In this document: positions 1-12,610 of the stretch, one piece after another | How the letters are laid out: every line of letters starts with the position of its first letter | How positions within the stretch are numbered: the stretch's first letter is position 1 | Origin: Leucoraja erinacea | Lineage: Eukaryota | DNA length: 64,000 nucleotides | Reading direction: 5' to 3' | Assembly: GCF_028641065.1 (NCBI RefSeq) | Contig: NW_026576151.1 | Span: 62,001 to 126,000, forward strand | Notes under the pieces: generated by a model | Told to the model about the DNA's origin: nothing | What the model saw: only the letters and a program-made list of their open reading frames with translations | Databases searched by the model: none | Position numbers and translations under genes: made by a program

Positions 1-507
1 AATAGAGAGAGTACAGAGGAGATTTACTAGAATGTTGCCTGGGTTTCAACAACTAAGTTACAGAGATAGGTTGAATAAGTTAGGTCTTTATTCTCTGGAG
101 CGCAGAAGGTTAAGGGGGGACTTGATAGAGGTCTTTAAAATGATGAGAGGGATAGACAGAGTTGATGTGGACAAGCTTTTCCCTTTGAGAATAGGGAAGA
201 TTCAAACAAGAGGACATGACTTCAGAATTAAGGGACAGAAGTTTAGGGGTAATATGAGGGGGAACTTCTTTACTCAGAGAGTGGTAGCGGTGTGGAATGA
301 GCTTCCAGTGGAAGTGGTGGAGGCAGGTTCATTGGTATCATTTAAAAATAAATTGGATAGGCATATGGATGAGAAGGGAATGGAGGGTTATGGTATGAGT
401 GCAGGCAGGTGGGACTAAGGGGAAAAAAAATTTGTTCGGCACGGACTTGTAGGGCTGAGATGGCCTGTTTCCGTGCTGTAATTGTTATATGGTTATATGG
501 TTATATG
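1..507 (+). mobile_element. CR1-clade LINE (HER1-like) 3' fragment
   Basis: ORF2 C-terminus LGLYSLERRRLRGDLIEVFK...RTRGH...FFTQRVV..WNELP, followed by a 3' UTR and a (TTATATGG)n tail. Confidence 0.9.
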
Positions 508-744
508 TGCTCGAGTTTGACAGCACACAACAGAGAAATGTTAGTTTTATAGAAATCTCCATTTTTGCTTAGTGTGGATGGGAGAATCAAGAGCGATCCC
601 TTTGAAACAAAAACATATAAGATTATTAAGGGATTGGGGTTGGAATAGAGTAAAGCATCAACGACATCTCATGTCTACGGGTCTTTATTAGATTAATTGT
701 TTAACTTGCTAGATAGCTGAATAGGGACATTCAGTGAGTCCATC

Positions 745-1126
745 ATAGAAACATATAAGATTGTTAAGGGATTGGACACGCTAGAGGCATGAAACATGTT
801 CCCGATGTTGGGGGAGTCCAGAACTAGGGGCCACAGTTTAAGAATAAGGGGTAGGCCATTTAGAACGGAGATGAGGAAACACTTTTTCACCCAGACAGTT
901 GTGAATCTGTGGAATTCTCTGCCTCAAAAGGCAGTGGAGGCCAATTCTCTGGATGCTTTCAATAGGGAGTTAGATAGACCTCTTAAAGGTAGCGGAATCA
1001 AGGGATATTGGGTGAAGGCAGGAACAGGGTACTGATTGTGGACGATCACCCATGATCACAGTGAACGGCAGTGCTGGCTCAAAGGGCCAAATGGCCTACT
1101 CCTGCACCTATTGTCTATTGTCTATA
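745..1126 (+). mobile_element. CR1-clade LINE 3' fragment
   Basis: ESRTRGHSLRIRG...VVNLWNSLP; (TATTGTC)n tail. Confidence 0.85.
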
Positions 1127-1635
1127 GTCTTGATTTAATACAATACTGGATACATTTTTCTATTGAAACCATTTTGTAGCCCAGTTCCCAATAAATTCTA
1201 TTAAAATATGAATGATGAGTCCACAAATATCCCTTGGTTCAAATACCAATGAGCCTAAAATGAACTAATTTGTATGCATTTTACCTGAAGTAAAATCAGT
1301 AAGTGAAATATGGCTCATGTTGCATCCATTGGGGAAAAATCAGTTGGAAAAATGCAAAATGTACGATGATCACATTATTATTTTGTCATCCCCAGGCACA
1401 AATATTAACTTGATTAAATATTATTGCGTTTAGCAACACTAAATCCTGAAAATAAGCTGCAAATTTGAAAACATCAAGGAGGGATATGGCTGGGCAATTT
1501 TAAATGTATGTAACAAAATGGATCTAGTTTCTGCTGAGTGAGACAAAACGCGATGTTAATCGGTGAAGTGTAAAAGTATTCATGAGCAGCTTGTCAGAAA
1601 TGAAAGAATCTCGCACATTTATCTGTATTTCTGAA

Positions 1636-2030
1636 GATAGACACAAAATGCTGGAGTAACAGCGGGACAAGCAGCATCTCTGGAGAGAAGGAATGGGTGA
1701 CATTTCTGGTATCGACCATATTTCTGGTCGATACCCTTCTTCAGACTGAGAGTCAGGGGAGCCAGAGACAGAGATAAGGAAGTGTGAGGTGTGAAAATGA
1801 AATATCAAAGGGGATGAAGTACAAGGGAGGTGTAGAATAGGTCATTGCTAGCTAGGAGAAGGTTTCAATGAAGCATACAGAGATCAGAAAAAATCAGGGA
1901 CAGTCAGACTGGTTGGAGAACTAGGGTGCGGAGGGATTGAGAGAGAGGGACAGCAAGTGTTACCTGAATTAGAGAAATCAATATTCATACTGGAGTGTAC
2001 ACCACTTTGCAACTGGATCCTTGACTTCCT
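1636..2030 (-). mobile_element. Penelope-like element 3' end/pseudo-LTR fragment with degenerate hammerhead motif
   Basis: Matches the 3' ends of the RT/GIY-YIG elements at 29740-30100 and 51900-52270. Contains CTGAAGAAGGGTATCGACCAGAAA on the minus strand (1721-1744). Confidence 0.7.
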
Positions 2031-2812
2031 CCTCTGAGTGTCAGCGGAGAGGGAGTTACACAGATAAAGAAGTGTGTGAGATCAAAAGTGATGTGGATCA
2101 GGGAAAATGTAGAATAGACGACCAGAAACGTCCCCCATTCCTTCTCTCCAGAGATGCTGCCTGTCACGCTGAGCTATTCCAGTATTTTGTGTCTATCTTA
2201 GTTCAGAGATACAGAGCGGAAACAGGCCCTTCGGCCCACCGGGTTTGTGCCCAACCAGCGATCCCCGCACATTAACACCATCCTACACCCACTAGTGACA
2301 TTTTTTTACATTTACCGAGCCAATTAGCCTACAAACCTGTACATTTTTGGAAACTTTTATCTGCAGTATAAATCAGCATCTGCCCTTCCTTCCTACACAT
2401 ATCTGTATTTGGTCTGTTTGTATATTATCAGAAGCTGTCTCCATGGGACTTTGTCAATGCCTCTGTCACCGGCTCAGGCAAGATTTGAGGATTTTACTTG
2501 GACAGTTGTGTCAGCAATTTCTTTATTTGGTGCTTTGAAAATAGTTGGCCTGATCTCATTGATCGTAATCGGCTCAGAGAAATGTAGACATTCTTATTTA
2601 ACTGCCCAATGTTAAATGATTCAAACTGAGAGTGATTGGAAAATAAATCAGTCATCACAATTATACAACATACCAAAATAAGACATCATGTAGGAAAAAC
2701 ATTCATTCTACTGCATATCCAGCGTGAATTAGTCGAACCAACCATTCAATTGAACCTCCTATAAGTTAGCATTTAAATGCCAAGTTTTGCCAAGTTATTT
2801 TAGAGAAAGTTA

Positions 2813-3120
2813 TGGGCCTGTCCCACTTTCACAACCTAATTCATGACCTTTTTTACTCGTGGGCATTTTTCATCTGCCTAGAAAAACGCCCCGACCTACT
2901 TGATGCCACAAGTACTAGCATCACAACTTGCTACGACCTACCTACGACCTCCTACAACCTCGTGACGACCATGCTGCGAGTATGAGTATTCACGCTGAAT
3001 ATACAGTAGAAGGAATGTTTTTCCTACATGACATCTTATTTTGTTATGTTATATAATTGTGATGACTGATTTATTCTCGGCAAAGGTCGTCAATCAGGAT
3101 GTGAAAGTATGACAGGCCCT
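2813..3120. mobile_element. PIF/Harbinger-like MITE
   Basis: TIRs GGGCCTGTCCCACTTTCAC ... GTGAAAGTATGACAGGCCC, TTA left flank; same TIR as the copies at 19127 and 27961. Confidence 0.7.
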
Positions 3121-3279
3121 TGAAGCTTAACATGATTTAAATCAGTAATATTTCCAATTAAGGATTACAGATGTTCGTTACTTATATCCAAAGTACAGGA
3201 GAACATTAATATGCCTCAACTCAACACGTGTTCATCACTATTTGTTGACCCTAACCTTGATATACAGTGGCACAACCAT

Positions 3280-3570
3280 ACAGTTGTTGCCTTACAGCGC
3301 TTACAGCATCAGTATTCGATCCTGACGATGGGTGCTGTCTGTGTGGAGTTTGTACGTTCTCCCCGTGACCTGCATGGGTTTATTCCGAGAACCGGGTTTC
3401 TCCCACACTTCAAAGACGTGCCGATTTGCAGGTTAATTTGCTTGGTATAAAAATGTAAAAAAAATTCCCTAGTGTAGGATAGTGTTAATGTGCGGGGATC
3501 GCTGGTTGGTGCGGACTCGGTGGGCCGAAGGGCCTGTTTCCGCGCTGTATCACTAAATTAAACTAAACAA
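3280..3570 (+). mobile_element. tRNA-derived SINE (HE1/V-SINE-like)
   Basis: Degenerate B box (TTCGATCC), central GTGGAGTTTGTACGTTCTCCCCGTGAC domain, LINE-like 3' end GGCCTGTTTCCGCGCTGTATC and (TAAAC)n tail. Confidence 0.75.
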
Positions 3571-3583
3571 TAATAGAAATGCC

Positions 3584-3673
3584 ACACAAAATTGCTGGAG
3601 AAACTCAGCGGGTGCAGCATCATCTATGGAGCTAAGGAAATAGGCGACGTTTCGGGCCGAAACCCTTCTTCAG
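3584..3673 (-). ncRNA. Short Penelope-derived repeat with intact minimal hammerhead-ribozyme motif (3646-3673)
   Basis: Minus strand reads CUGAAGA-A-GGGU-UUCG-GCCC-GAAAC-GUC: hammerhead core, stem II and a palindromic ACGU stem III. Activity is untested. Confidence 0.55.
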
Positions 3674-4210
3674 AATAATAGAAATGCATTGACTCCCCAG
3701 CCAAAATTTGGTTTCCTGGAACCTATATTTCTAGGTAATGAATTTCTAGCTAATATCAATGTTTTGAAATTGTATGGAATTATATGGCGTCTACACACAT
3801 ACTGTACGTAAGTAAGCTATTTTCCCATTTGCTGGTGTTTATTCCCTGCTAAAGTATCTTCTGGATCACTTGGCCAACCTTCCCAGTACGACTTCCCTTT
3901 CCTTTCTATATCCAGCTGCACCTTAAATGCAATTCATCTCAAGTATTCCATGCAGTTTTAACAGTGTGACTCCTCTTGAGGTTGGCATTACAACAAGTGC
4001 AGCACCACTCTTCATATGGGGCCAGATGGAAATGCCTCAACGATTGATAATGGGTGTTGGCAGAGCCACGGTGCCTCTAAAGAAGTGGGGATAGAACTCC
4101 AACGATGCCACCTGCAAATGTGACATTGAACCACAAGCAATGGAACACCTACTGAAATGGCCTCAACTGGAAAACCAACGCACACCTGCCGATCTCGCCG
4201 CCTACAATGA

Positions 4211-5320
4211 AGAAGTGTGTTCAGCTCTGGCAGAACTATATCTAATCTTGTGATGTGGACTCGATAAGAGGAATGCACTGTTAATTTCCACACTTCAATA
4301 CTCTCCAGTTAGGCAAGTGTTTTTCTGCTTGCAGAAGGGAGGAGAAAACGGAAAAAGAGTTGTGGGCTGGGTCAAAGATCGATGATGGTGTCCGACCCAA
4401 AATGTCACCTGTCTTTTGCCTCCACTGACGCCGCCTGACCCACTGAGTTTCATCCAACAATTTATCTTTTGCCCTGGTTTGCTTTACATGAGGTATGCTG
4501 ATTTGATAAATGGCTTGCTCAACCATAATTCTATCGCACATAATACAATGCATGTTCTACAAAACATCATTATGTGGATCAATATCAAAGGTTAAGGCAA
4601 CACTTTTTGTGTCGGTTTGCAATTAAGCCCGGCTCTTACTTTCAATAGACTATTTAAAATATCAGTAACATAGAAACATATAAACACTAGAAAATAGGTG
4701 CATGACCTGGCCGGTCTCTCAGCCACACTACCATTCAATATGATCGCTGAAGTGTGTTCAGCTCTGGCTATTTCCCCATACCTATATCTAAGCCCGAAGA
4801 GTGATGACTCGATAAGAGTGAATTGGCCTCCACTGTTAATTTCAGACACAGTTCAATACTCTCCGTTAGGCAAGTGTTTTTCCCTGTTTGCAAAGGGAGG
4901 AGAAAACGGAAAAGAGTTGTGGGGTGGGTCAAAGATCGATGATGGTGTCCGACCCAAAATGTCACCTGTCCTTTGCCTCCACTGACGCCGCCTGACCCAC
5001 TGAGGTCATCCAACAATTTATCTTTTGCCCTGGTTTGCTTTACATGAGGTATGCTGATTTGATAAATGGCTTGCTCAACCATAATTCTATCGCACATAAT
5101 ACAATGCATGTTCTACAAAACATCATTATGTGGATCAATATCAAAGGTTAAGGCAACACTTTTTGTGTCGGTTTGCAATTAAGCCCGGCTCTTACTTTCA
5201 ATAGACTATTTAAAATATCAGTAACATAGAAACATAGAAACATAGAAAGTAGGTGCAGGAGTTGGCCATTCGGCCCTTCAAGCTAGCACCGCCATTCAAT
5301 ATGATCGTGGCTAATCTTCG
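4211..5320. repeat. Tandem duplication, period about 0.55 kb, in intron 2 of crystallin A
   Basis: GAAGTGTGTTCAGCTCTGGC occurs at about 4211 and 4749. The block 4370-4680 is almost identical to 4928-5238. Confidence 0.85.
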
Positions 5321-5672
5321 AATATCAGTACTCTGTTTCTGCTTTTTCCCCATATCCATTGATTCCATTAGCCCGAAGAGTTAAAACAAACTCTCTTTTG
5401 AAAACATCCAGTGAATTGGCCTCCACTGCCTTCTGTGGCAGAGAATTCCACAGATTCACAACTCTCTGCGTGAAAAAGTTTTTCCTCACCTCAGTCCTAA
5501 ATGGCCTACCCCTTATTCTTAAACTGCGAACCCTGTTTCCGGACACCCCTAACATCGGGAACATTTCTCCTGAATGTAGCTCGTCCAATCCAGTAAGAAT
5601 TTTATATGTTTCTATAAGATCCCCTCTCATTCTTCTAAATTCCAGTGAATACAAGCCCAGCCGATCCATTCT
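5225..5672 (-). mobile_element. CR1-clade LINE 3' fragment
   Basis: ORF 5325-5669 [20 protein letters not shown]...; (TTTCTATG)n tail. Confidence 0.9.
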
Positions 5673-5725
5673 GTAATAAGCACCCGATCAATACGCAATA
5701 GTTGTGTTGTGAAGTTAGTACTTAC

Positions 5726-6068
5726 CTGGCGAATGAAGCGACATGATTTAATGTTGTCACTGTATCCATTCCAGTGTTGATAGTCTGGGTATTCCCCCCT
5801 GGTCAGAATGTATTGGTACCCAACATAATTTGTTTTCTCGTAGAGCGCCCAGTTTCCACCCTCCACACGGATGGAGTTGCATCTGCTGAAGAAGGCGTGC
5901 AGATCTGGGCAGTCAGTGTTACACTCATAACACTGGCCCTGGAAGTTTTTGTCCTCAAAAAAGATTATCTGCGGTGAGGAGAAGAAGGTTAATTTGATAC
6001 AATCTCAAATCAATAAAAAACAATAACTCTTATTTGTTGCATTGAAGGTCTGCATCTACCTTTCCCAT
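5726..6068 (-). CDS. Gamma-crystallin gene A (divergent paralog), exons 1-2 only: join(6060..6068, 5726..5968); exon 3 not found in window
   Basis: Exon 1 ATG GGA AAG|GTAGAT; 91-nt intron; acceptor CAG|ATAATC. The 243-nt exon reads [81 protein letters not shown] (Greek-key motifs 1-2), then donor CAG|GTAAGT. TATA box upstream. Confidence 0.9.
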
Positions 6069-6127
6069 TTTGGAGTTTTACCCAAAGGGCAGCTTTGATG
6101 GACGAACCTTAGATATGAAATGTGAGC

Positions 6128-6206
6128 TTTATATATCCAACCTGATCATGCGATGTAACCGAAAGCTTTGTTAGTTTAATCACCTATATTTGCATATCAG
6201 CAAAAC
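6128..6206 (-). promoter_or_regulatory. Proximal promoter of crystallin A: TATA box, Sox-like site, octamer, Maf half-site
   Basis: Minus-strand TATATAAA 6128-6135; AACAAAG 6166-6172; ATGCAAAT 6188-6195; TTTTGCTGA 6197-6205. Confidence 0.6.
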
Positions 6207-7344
6207 CTAGCCCTGGCAGCCTTTGGTGCCAAAATGATAGCTCAGTATTAAAGAACTGCTGCCCTCTGTCAAATTAATTGCAGAGGAAATGCTTGAACAG
6301 CTTAATGTGTGATTAGATGTTTCACGCACAGAAACTTTCCGCTCATGAAAAAATTTAATGTATTTTGTATTTTGTTACGTTAGAAAATTGTCGCGACAGA
6401 ACAGGCTGATCCTTTTCCAGGTTTTTCACACAGAGGGTGGCGGGTATATGGAATGAGCTTTCAGACGAGGTGGAAGCAGATGCAAGTGCCATGGTAAAAA
6501 ACCACTTGACAGGTACAGATAGGTAAGCAGTAAAGCAATATGAGCCCAGAGTAGGCAAATGGGATTGGCATAGACGGGCACCATGGTCAGCATGTACGAT
6601 CTGCTCATTTCAGAATTCAATAATAATATCAAATTAAGGTTAAATCAATCAAAAATTGCCTTTACATTTTTTATTAATATGCAAAAATGATGTGAACAAA
6701 TTTATATGGATCTAACTTCAAAGAATTGACGTAAATGTTTAGATTTTTTGTTGATTATATTAGAAATGTCTTTTTAAAACTATAGTTTATTTGGTCTGTG
6801 GACTGGAATGTGTAATGAATCCTTTATTAAGTTAGACTGATGTGCAAAGCACATTGTTAGTGCATGAAGTGTTTGGCAAATGTTCCAGCTGGTACCAGCA
6901 ATATTTAATTCAGCTTTTGTACATTCACTATTGTGAACCTGGACTGCTGCAAAGCAAAAACTCTACTTGAACTTTCGTTTGTTTCTGTACTGTTTTATTT
7001 TTGATTTAGCTAAATTCCATACAATTTCATTCAAAACATAAAATGAGCGTTTGACGGCACTGGGCATGTTTTAGCTGAGGTTTAGAAGAATGAGGGTAAC
7101 TTCATTGAAACGTACAGAATAGTGAAAGGATTGGATAGAGTGGATGTGGAGCAGTGGGAGAGGCTAGAACTAGAGGTCATAGCCTCAGAATTAAAGGATG
7201 TTCTTCTATGAAGGAGATGAGGAGGAATTTCTTTAGTCAGAAGGTGGTGAACCTGTGGAATTTTTTGCCACAGAAGGCTGTGGAGGCAAAGTCAGTGGAC
7301 ATATTTGGGGCAGAGGTAGATAGCTTCATGATTAGTATGGGTGG

Positions 7345-8031
7345 CAGAGGGCGTCCAGATGTACAGACAGGTAAAAGTCCAGGTAAGTCCTGAATCGGCT
7401 CTTCCCCACCGGAGGCCGCGGCTTTAGGTTGGTGTAGGCCGCAGGCCGGCGGTCGAAGATTTAAAGTCCCTGCCGTGCCGCAGCCAGAATCACCGCAGAC
7501 CACAGGGCCGGTGGTAGAAGCTCCCCTCCAGGGGTGATGGTAAGTCCACGCCGGGCCCGCAGTAGAAGTTGGCCACGGGCCAGCCAATGGAGCTTCTTCT
7601 TCTCCCGGGTCCCCCATGAGAGATCCCAGGCTGCGGTCGCCACACCAGCTGGAGCTCTACAGACCGCGACTTCAGGCTGCCGCGGGCCAACAAAACGGAG
7701 TGCTCCCCTCCGGCGAGCCCCAGCGAGCGCTCGCCCGCTCCACGCCGAGAGTCCACGCTGCGCCCCCCGCTGAAGCCCCGGGCGCGTCTCCGGGAAAGGC
7801 CGCACTGATCCTCGATGTTAGGCCACGGGGGAGGCGACCTGGAAAAAGTCGCCTCTCCGTGGAGGAGGCGACCAAAACGGTTTCCCCCTTACCCCCCCCA
7901 CATACACCCCCCCACACAAGACACACAAAGTAACATTAAAAACACACTTCAAAACATACTAAAAAAATAAAGACATTTGAAAAAAACTAACACGCTGCTG
8001 ACAGGGCGCCGGCTTGCAGCGCCCCCACCGA
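7345..8031 (-). mobile_element. GC-rich non-autonomous retroposon (5' part) lying between CR1 fragments (7045-7340, 8340-8840)
   Basis: Its 5' head is similar to the copies at 11181, 17885, 38368 and 54945. Confidence 0.55.
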
Positions 8032-9224
8032 CCAGTTTGACAGGTCTTGTTTTTGATCCTACTGGGGGTCCACAGCCCCCTCCTCACCTGGCAAACCAGG
8101 TGGGGGAGATGGTTTAGTCGCCGACTTTCCGACCATGGAGCAGGTAGCACGAGATTACATGGTACCTGTGGCGGGTGGAACTCCCCCCGACCTGACCTGA
8201 TTAGCACTAATGCAAAAATGTTTTGCATTCTTTTGGTGATTTTCACTGTCTTGCAGAAGCTCTGTGCGTGTGAGTCAATGCACCCGTGTTGCTGCTGCAA
8301 GCAAGGTTTGCATTGTACTTGTACTTCATCATAAGTGTGCTCTGGAAAGGGTCCAAAGGAGGTTTCCAAGAATGATCCCATGAATGAGTGGGTTAACATA
8401 TCATGAGTGTTTGTCGGCACTGGGCCTGTACCCACTGGAGTTTAGAAGGATGAGGGGGGATTTCATTGAAACTTCCCAAATAGTGAAGGCCTTGGATAGA
8501 ACGAATGTGGAGAGGATGTTTTCACTAGTGGGAGCGTCTAGATGTCATAGCCTCAGAATTACAGGATGTTCCTTTAATTCCTAGGAGATGAGGAGGAATT
8601 TCTTCAGTCAGAGGGTGGTGAATCTGTGGAATTCATTGCCGCAGAAGGCTGTGGAGGCCAATGGATATTTTTAAGGCAGAGGTAGATAGATTCTTGATTA
8701 GTACAGGTGTCAGAGGTTATGGGGAGAAGGCAGGGGAATGGGATTAGGAAGGAGAGATAGATCAGCCATTATTGATTGGCGGAATAGACTTGATGGGCCG
8801 AATGTCCTAATTCTGCTCCTAACCCCTATGACCTTACATGACAATAACCTCGATTTGACTTATTTTGAAATAACCAGATTGTTGTGAAAACTACTGTGGT
8901 TTATTTAATCTATTTTAGGGCATGAAATTTGGCATTTGTATTCTGTACAACCCATTTATGACTCCAGAGCCATTAGTACATTTGAGTCTTAACTACTTCT
9001 ATTCAGAGGCAAATAAGGTTCAGTTCAGAGGTAAATAAGGTTGTGTAATGACTGAGAGGTTTGCCAGCCTTGTCCCTGCCTCACGATCAAATGGGTTAAA
9101 TATATTTGTGAACACAAGCTCGTACAGAAGCAAAAGAGCAATTGCTATCTCCAGGATTTACATTGTTTCAATACTGTTTATAATAACACATGTAGGATGA
9201 ATATAACATGGGATAATTTGAATC

Positions 9225-9590
9225 ATATAAGATTGTTAAGGGTTTGGACACGCTAGAGGCAGGAAACGTGTTCCCGATGTTGGGGGAGTCCAGAACCAGG
9301 GGCCACAGTTTAAGAATAAGGAGTAAGCCATTAAGAATGGAGATGAGAAAACACTTTTTCTCACAGAGAGTGGGGAGTCTGTGGAATTCTCTGCCTCAGA
9401 GGGCTGTGGAGGCAGGTTCTCTGGATACTTTAAAGAGAGAGCTAGATAGGGCTCTTAAAAATAGCGGAGCCAGGGGATATGGGGAGAAGGCAGGAACGGG
9501 GTACTGATTGGGGATGATCAGCCATGATCACATTGAATAGCTGGCTTGAAGGGCCAAATGGCCTACTCCTGCACATATTGTCTATTGAAT
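9225..9590 (+). mobile_element. CR1-clade LINE 3' fragment
   Basis: ORF 9244-9507 matches the same CR1 C-terminus. Confidence 0.85.
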
Positions 9591-9824
9591 AGTCGATGTG
9601 TGTTAAACAGATCTATCGCCAAAAATTACTTCAGAATGCCTCAGAGCAAGCAGCAAAGCACTAAATGTAGGAAGAGCTTGCGAGCTAAAGATCTTTATAC
9701 TTTAGACTTTAGAGATACAACGCATAAACATGACCTTCAGCCCCCAAGTCCACGCAAACCAGTGATCACCCCATACACCAGAACTATCCTACACACTATG
9801 GACAATTTGACTGGTCAATCTTCA

Positions 9825-9958
9825 GACAGTCTGAAGAAGGGTTTCGACCCGAAACGTCGCCTATTTCCTTCGCTCCATAAATGTTGCCTCACCCGCTGAG
9901 TTTCTCCAGCATTTTTGTCTACCTTCGATTTTCCAGCATCTGCAGTTCCTTCTTAAAC
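9825..9958 (+). ncRNA. Short Penelope-derived repeat with intact hammerhead motif (9831-9858), nested in a minus-strand SINE (about 9700-10130)
   Basis: CTGAAGAAGGGTTTCGACCCGAAACGTC followed by the family body (...CCGCTGAGTTTCTCCAGCATTTTTGTCTACCTTCGATTTTCCAGCATCTGCAGTTCC). Confidence 0.55.
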
Positions 9959-10619
9959 AACCTACAAACCTGCACGTCTTTAGAGTGTGGGAGGAAACTG
10001 GAGCTCCTGGAGAAAACCCACGAGTTCACAGAGAAAACGTACAAACTTTGTCCAGAGAGGACCCGTAATCAGGATCGGACCCAGGTCTCTGGTGCTGTAG
10101 TAAATCTACCGTTATACCATTGTATCGCCTCCTAATTTAGAACAACAAGAGGGTTCTGAAAGAGAGGTCACAGAAGACACATACACACTGCCCAGCAGTC
10201 CTTTGGCCTATTCGGTTATGCTAAAGCATTCTGCTTTGCTTATCTTGCCTTTTACACATCTTGCATGACAAGTGAAATAACAAGTTCGAATCTTCCTCTC
10301 GTCAAGTTGGTTTGCGCCAGCCAACCAACTTAATAACGAGGATCATAAAAATAACATATTGGATTGTTGCAAAAACCCATCCGGTTTGTTAAAATCCTTC
10401 AGGAGAACAAGTCTACTGCCTTTACTGAGTCTGGTCCATATGTGACTGACCCTTCAGTCTTCTCACTTGGCCGAGTGAACCATTCAGTTCAAGTCAATTT
10501 GGGAATGGGAAATAAATGCTGGACATTGCATCAATGGCTACACCAATGAGAATAAGAACCAAGCCCTATTCAGATGGAATTTATTAGGTGGAATTTAAGA
10601 GTCGTCATTAAATACACTT

Positions 10620-12610
10620 GAGGTACTGGAAGACTGGAGGCTGGAAAATGTTGTGCTTCTATTCAAGAAATGGCTGCAGGGAAAAGCCTGGGAACTACAA
10701 GACAGTGAGCTTAACATCTGTGGTCGGAAAGTTACTGGAGAATATTCTGGAGAGTAGGATATACATGTATTTAGAAGGGCAAGCAAGGGCTGATTAGAGA
10801 TAGTCAACGTGGTTTAGTATGGGGGAGGTCGTCTCCCACAATCTGATTGATTGTTTTTGAGGATGTGACAAAAATGTTTGTTGAGGGCAGAGCTGTAGAT
10901 GTTGTATATATGGAATTAAGCAAGGCTTTTGACAAAATTCTGCATGGGAGGCTGCTCTGGGAGGTTGGAGTGCATGAGATCCAAGGATAGATAGCTGAAT
11001 GGATAGAAAATTGACCATGGAAGGATGTCTTTGGGACTGTGGTTTGTGACTAGTGTTATGCCTCAAGGTTTGGAGCTGGGCCCATTGCTGTTTGTCATGA
11101 TTTGGATGAGAATGTGCAAGGCATGATTAGCAAATTTGTAGATGGCACTAAAATGGGTGGTATTGTAGATTGTGAAGATGATTCGGTGGGCGGCGCGACT
11201 CTCGTCAGCAGCGGCCTCTGCAGTCCGTCTGTTTTTTTTAAATTATTTTCTGTTTCGTTTAAATGTAGTTTTTAATTATTTTTTGTCGGGGTATGTGTGT
11301 GGGGGGCAGGTGGTGGGTGGGAGAAACTCTAAATTCTTTCCCCTGCACGGGAGACCCGACCTTTACTTTGTCGGGTCTCCGTTGTCGTTGGGGCTGCTAC
11401 GTGGAGCGGCCTCCAGCAGGAACGACCTGGGGCTCCAGCCGCGGAGCTATGAACGACTCACCTTCACGGAGCTGGCTGAGTCCGGAGTGGGTGGAGCTGT
11501 GGTGGAGCACCTACCGCAGGTCTGTGGACGGAAATACCGGGAGCCCGCGGGTCCCTGGTTGGAGACCGCTTTTCGGGGGTTCCGCAACGGCGACTTCTCC
11601 CGCCCGAGTTGCGGGGTTGAAGATTACCTGGAACGGGGCCTTACATCCCTGCCCCGCGCGGCTTGGAATTGCCATGGGACTTTGTGAGCGCCCGCCGGGG
11701 GCTCCAACACCAAGTGTCCGCCGGGGCTCCAACACCAAGAGCCCGCTGGGGCTCCAACACCAAGACCCGGTGCGTGGCCTTGCATCACCCGGCGTGGCTT
11801 TAATGGCTGTCGGACATTTAACATCGCCCGCTGGGGGCTTTGACTCTGTCTTTGACTCTGACATGGGAGCGAGAGGGGAGTGCGGGGGAGAGATATGTTT
11901 TTTTTGCCTTCCTTCACAGCGAGGAGAAGATGCGCTGTGAAGGATGTTCATGTAAATTGTGTTGTGTCTTGAGTCTTTTTCGTTTTGTATGTATGACTGC
12001 AGAAACAACATTTTGTTTGGACCTCAACGGGGTCCAAACGACAAATAAATTGTATTGTATTGTATTGTATTGTATTGTATTATTGTATTGGTTGCCAAAA
12101 ATGCAACAGTACCTTGATCGGTCAGGCAAGTGGAATTTAATACAGAAAATGTGAGGTGTTTCATTTCGGGAAGTCTAACATGGGCAGGACCTACACAGTG
12201 AATGGTTGGAGTCTGGGGAGTGTTGTAGAGCAGAGGGAGTGCAGGGACATAGTTCGTTGAAAATTGCGAGACAGGTAGACAGGGTGGTCAAAAAGGCTTT
12301 CAGCATTTAGAGTATTGTGTTCAGTTCTGGGCACCATGTTATAGGAATGATGTTGTCAAGCTGGAAAGGGTTCAGAAAAGATATACGAGGATGTTGCCGG
12401 AGCTCGAGGGCCTGTGCTATAGGGAGAGGTTGAGCAGGCGAGAACTCTATTCCTTGGATTGCAGGAGGATGAGGGGTGATATTATAGAGGTGTATAAAAT
12501 CATGAGAGGAATAGATCGTGTAAACGCACAGAGTCTCTTGCCCAGAGTTGGGTAATTGAGAACCAGAGGACATAGGTTCAAGGTGAGGGGGGAAAGATTT
12601 AATGGGCTTC
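10620..12610 (+). mobile_element. Degenerate CR1 LINE RT region, split by the 11181-12090 insertion
   Basis: Frameshifted RT remnants (KGCREKPGNY, KAFDK, GGIVDCED|GCQK, RRMRGDIIEVYK). The reading frame rejoins across the insertion (GAAGATG|GTTGCC). Confidence 0.75.
11181..12090 (+). mobile_element. GC-rich non-autonomous retroposon, full length, (TTGTA)n tail
   Basis: Starts ATTCGGTGGGCGGCGCGAC and ends in a stem-loop, AATAAA and (TTGTA)n. Near-identical family member on the opposite strand at 37514-38368. Confidence 0.8.

Noticed and set aside
4020-4210. Cys/His motif (CKCDIEPQAMEHLL) suggestive of a zinc knuckle
   Set aside because: Probably a short decayed LINE C-terminus; too short and broken to assign.
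7237-7933. Multiple ORFs in the GC-rich blocks (also 11172-12011, 17317-17797, 37741-38220, 55048-55519) and CpG-island-like composition
   Set aside because: These blocks are dispersed copies of one repeat family. The frames are not conserved between copies, so they are not host genes or promoters.
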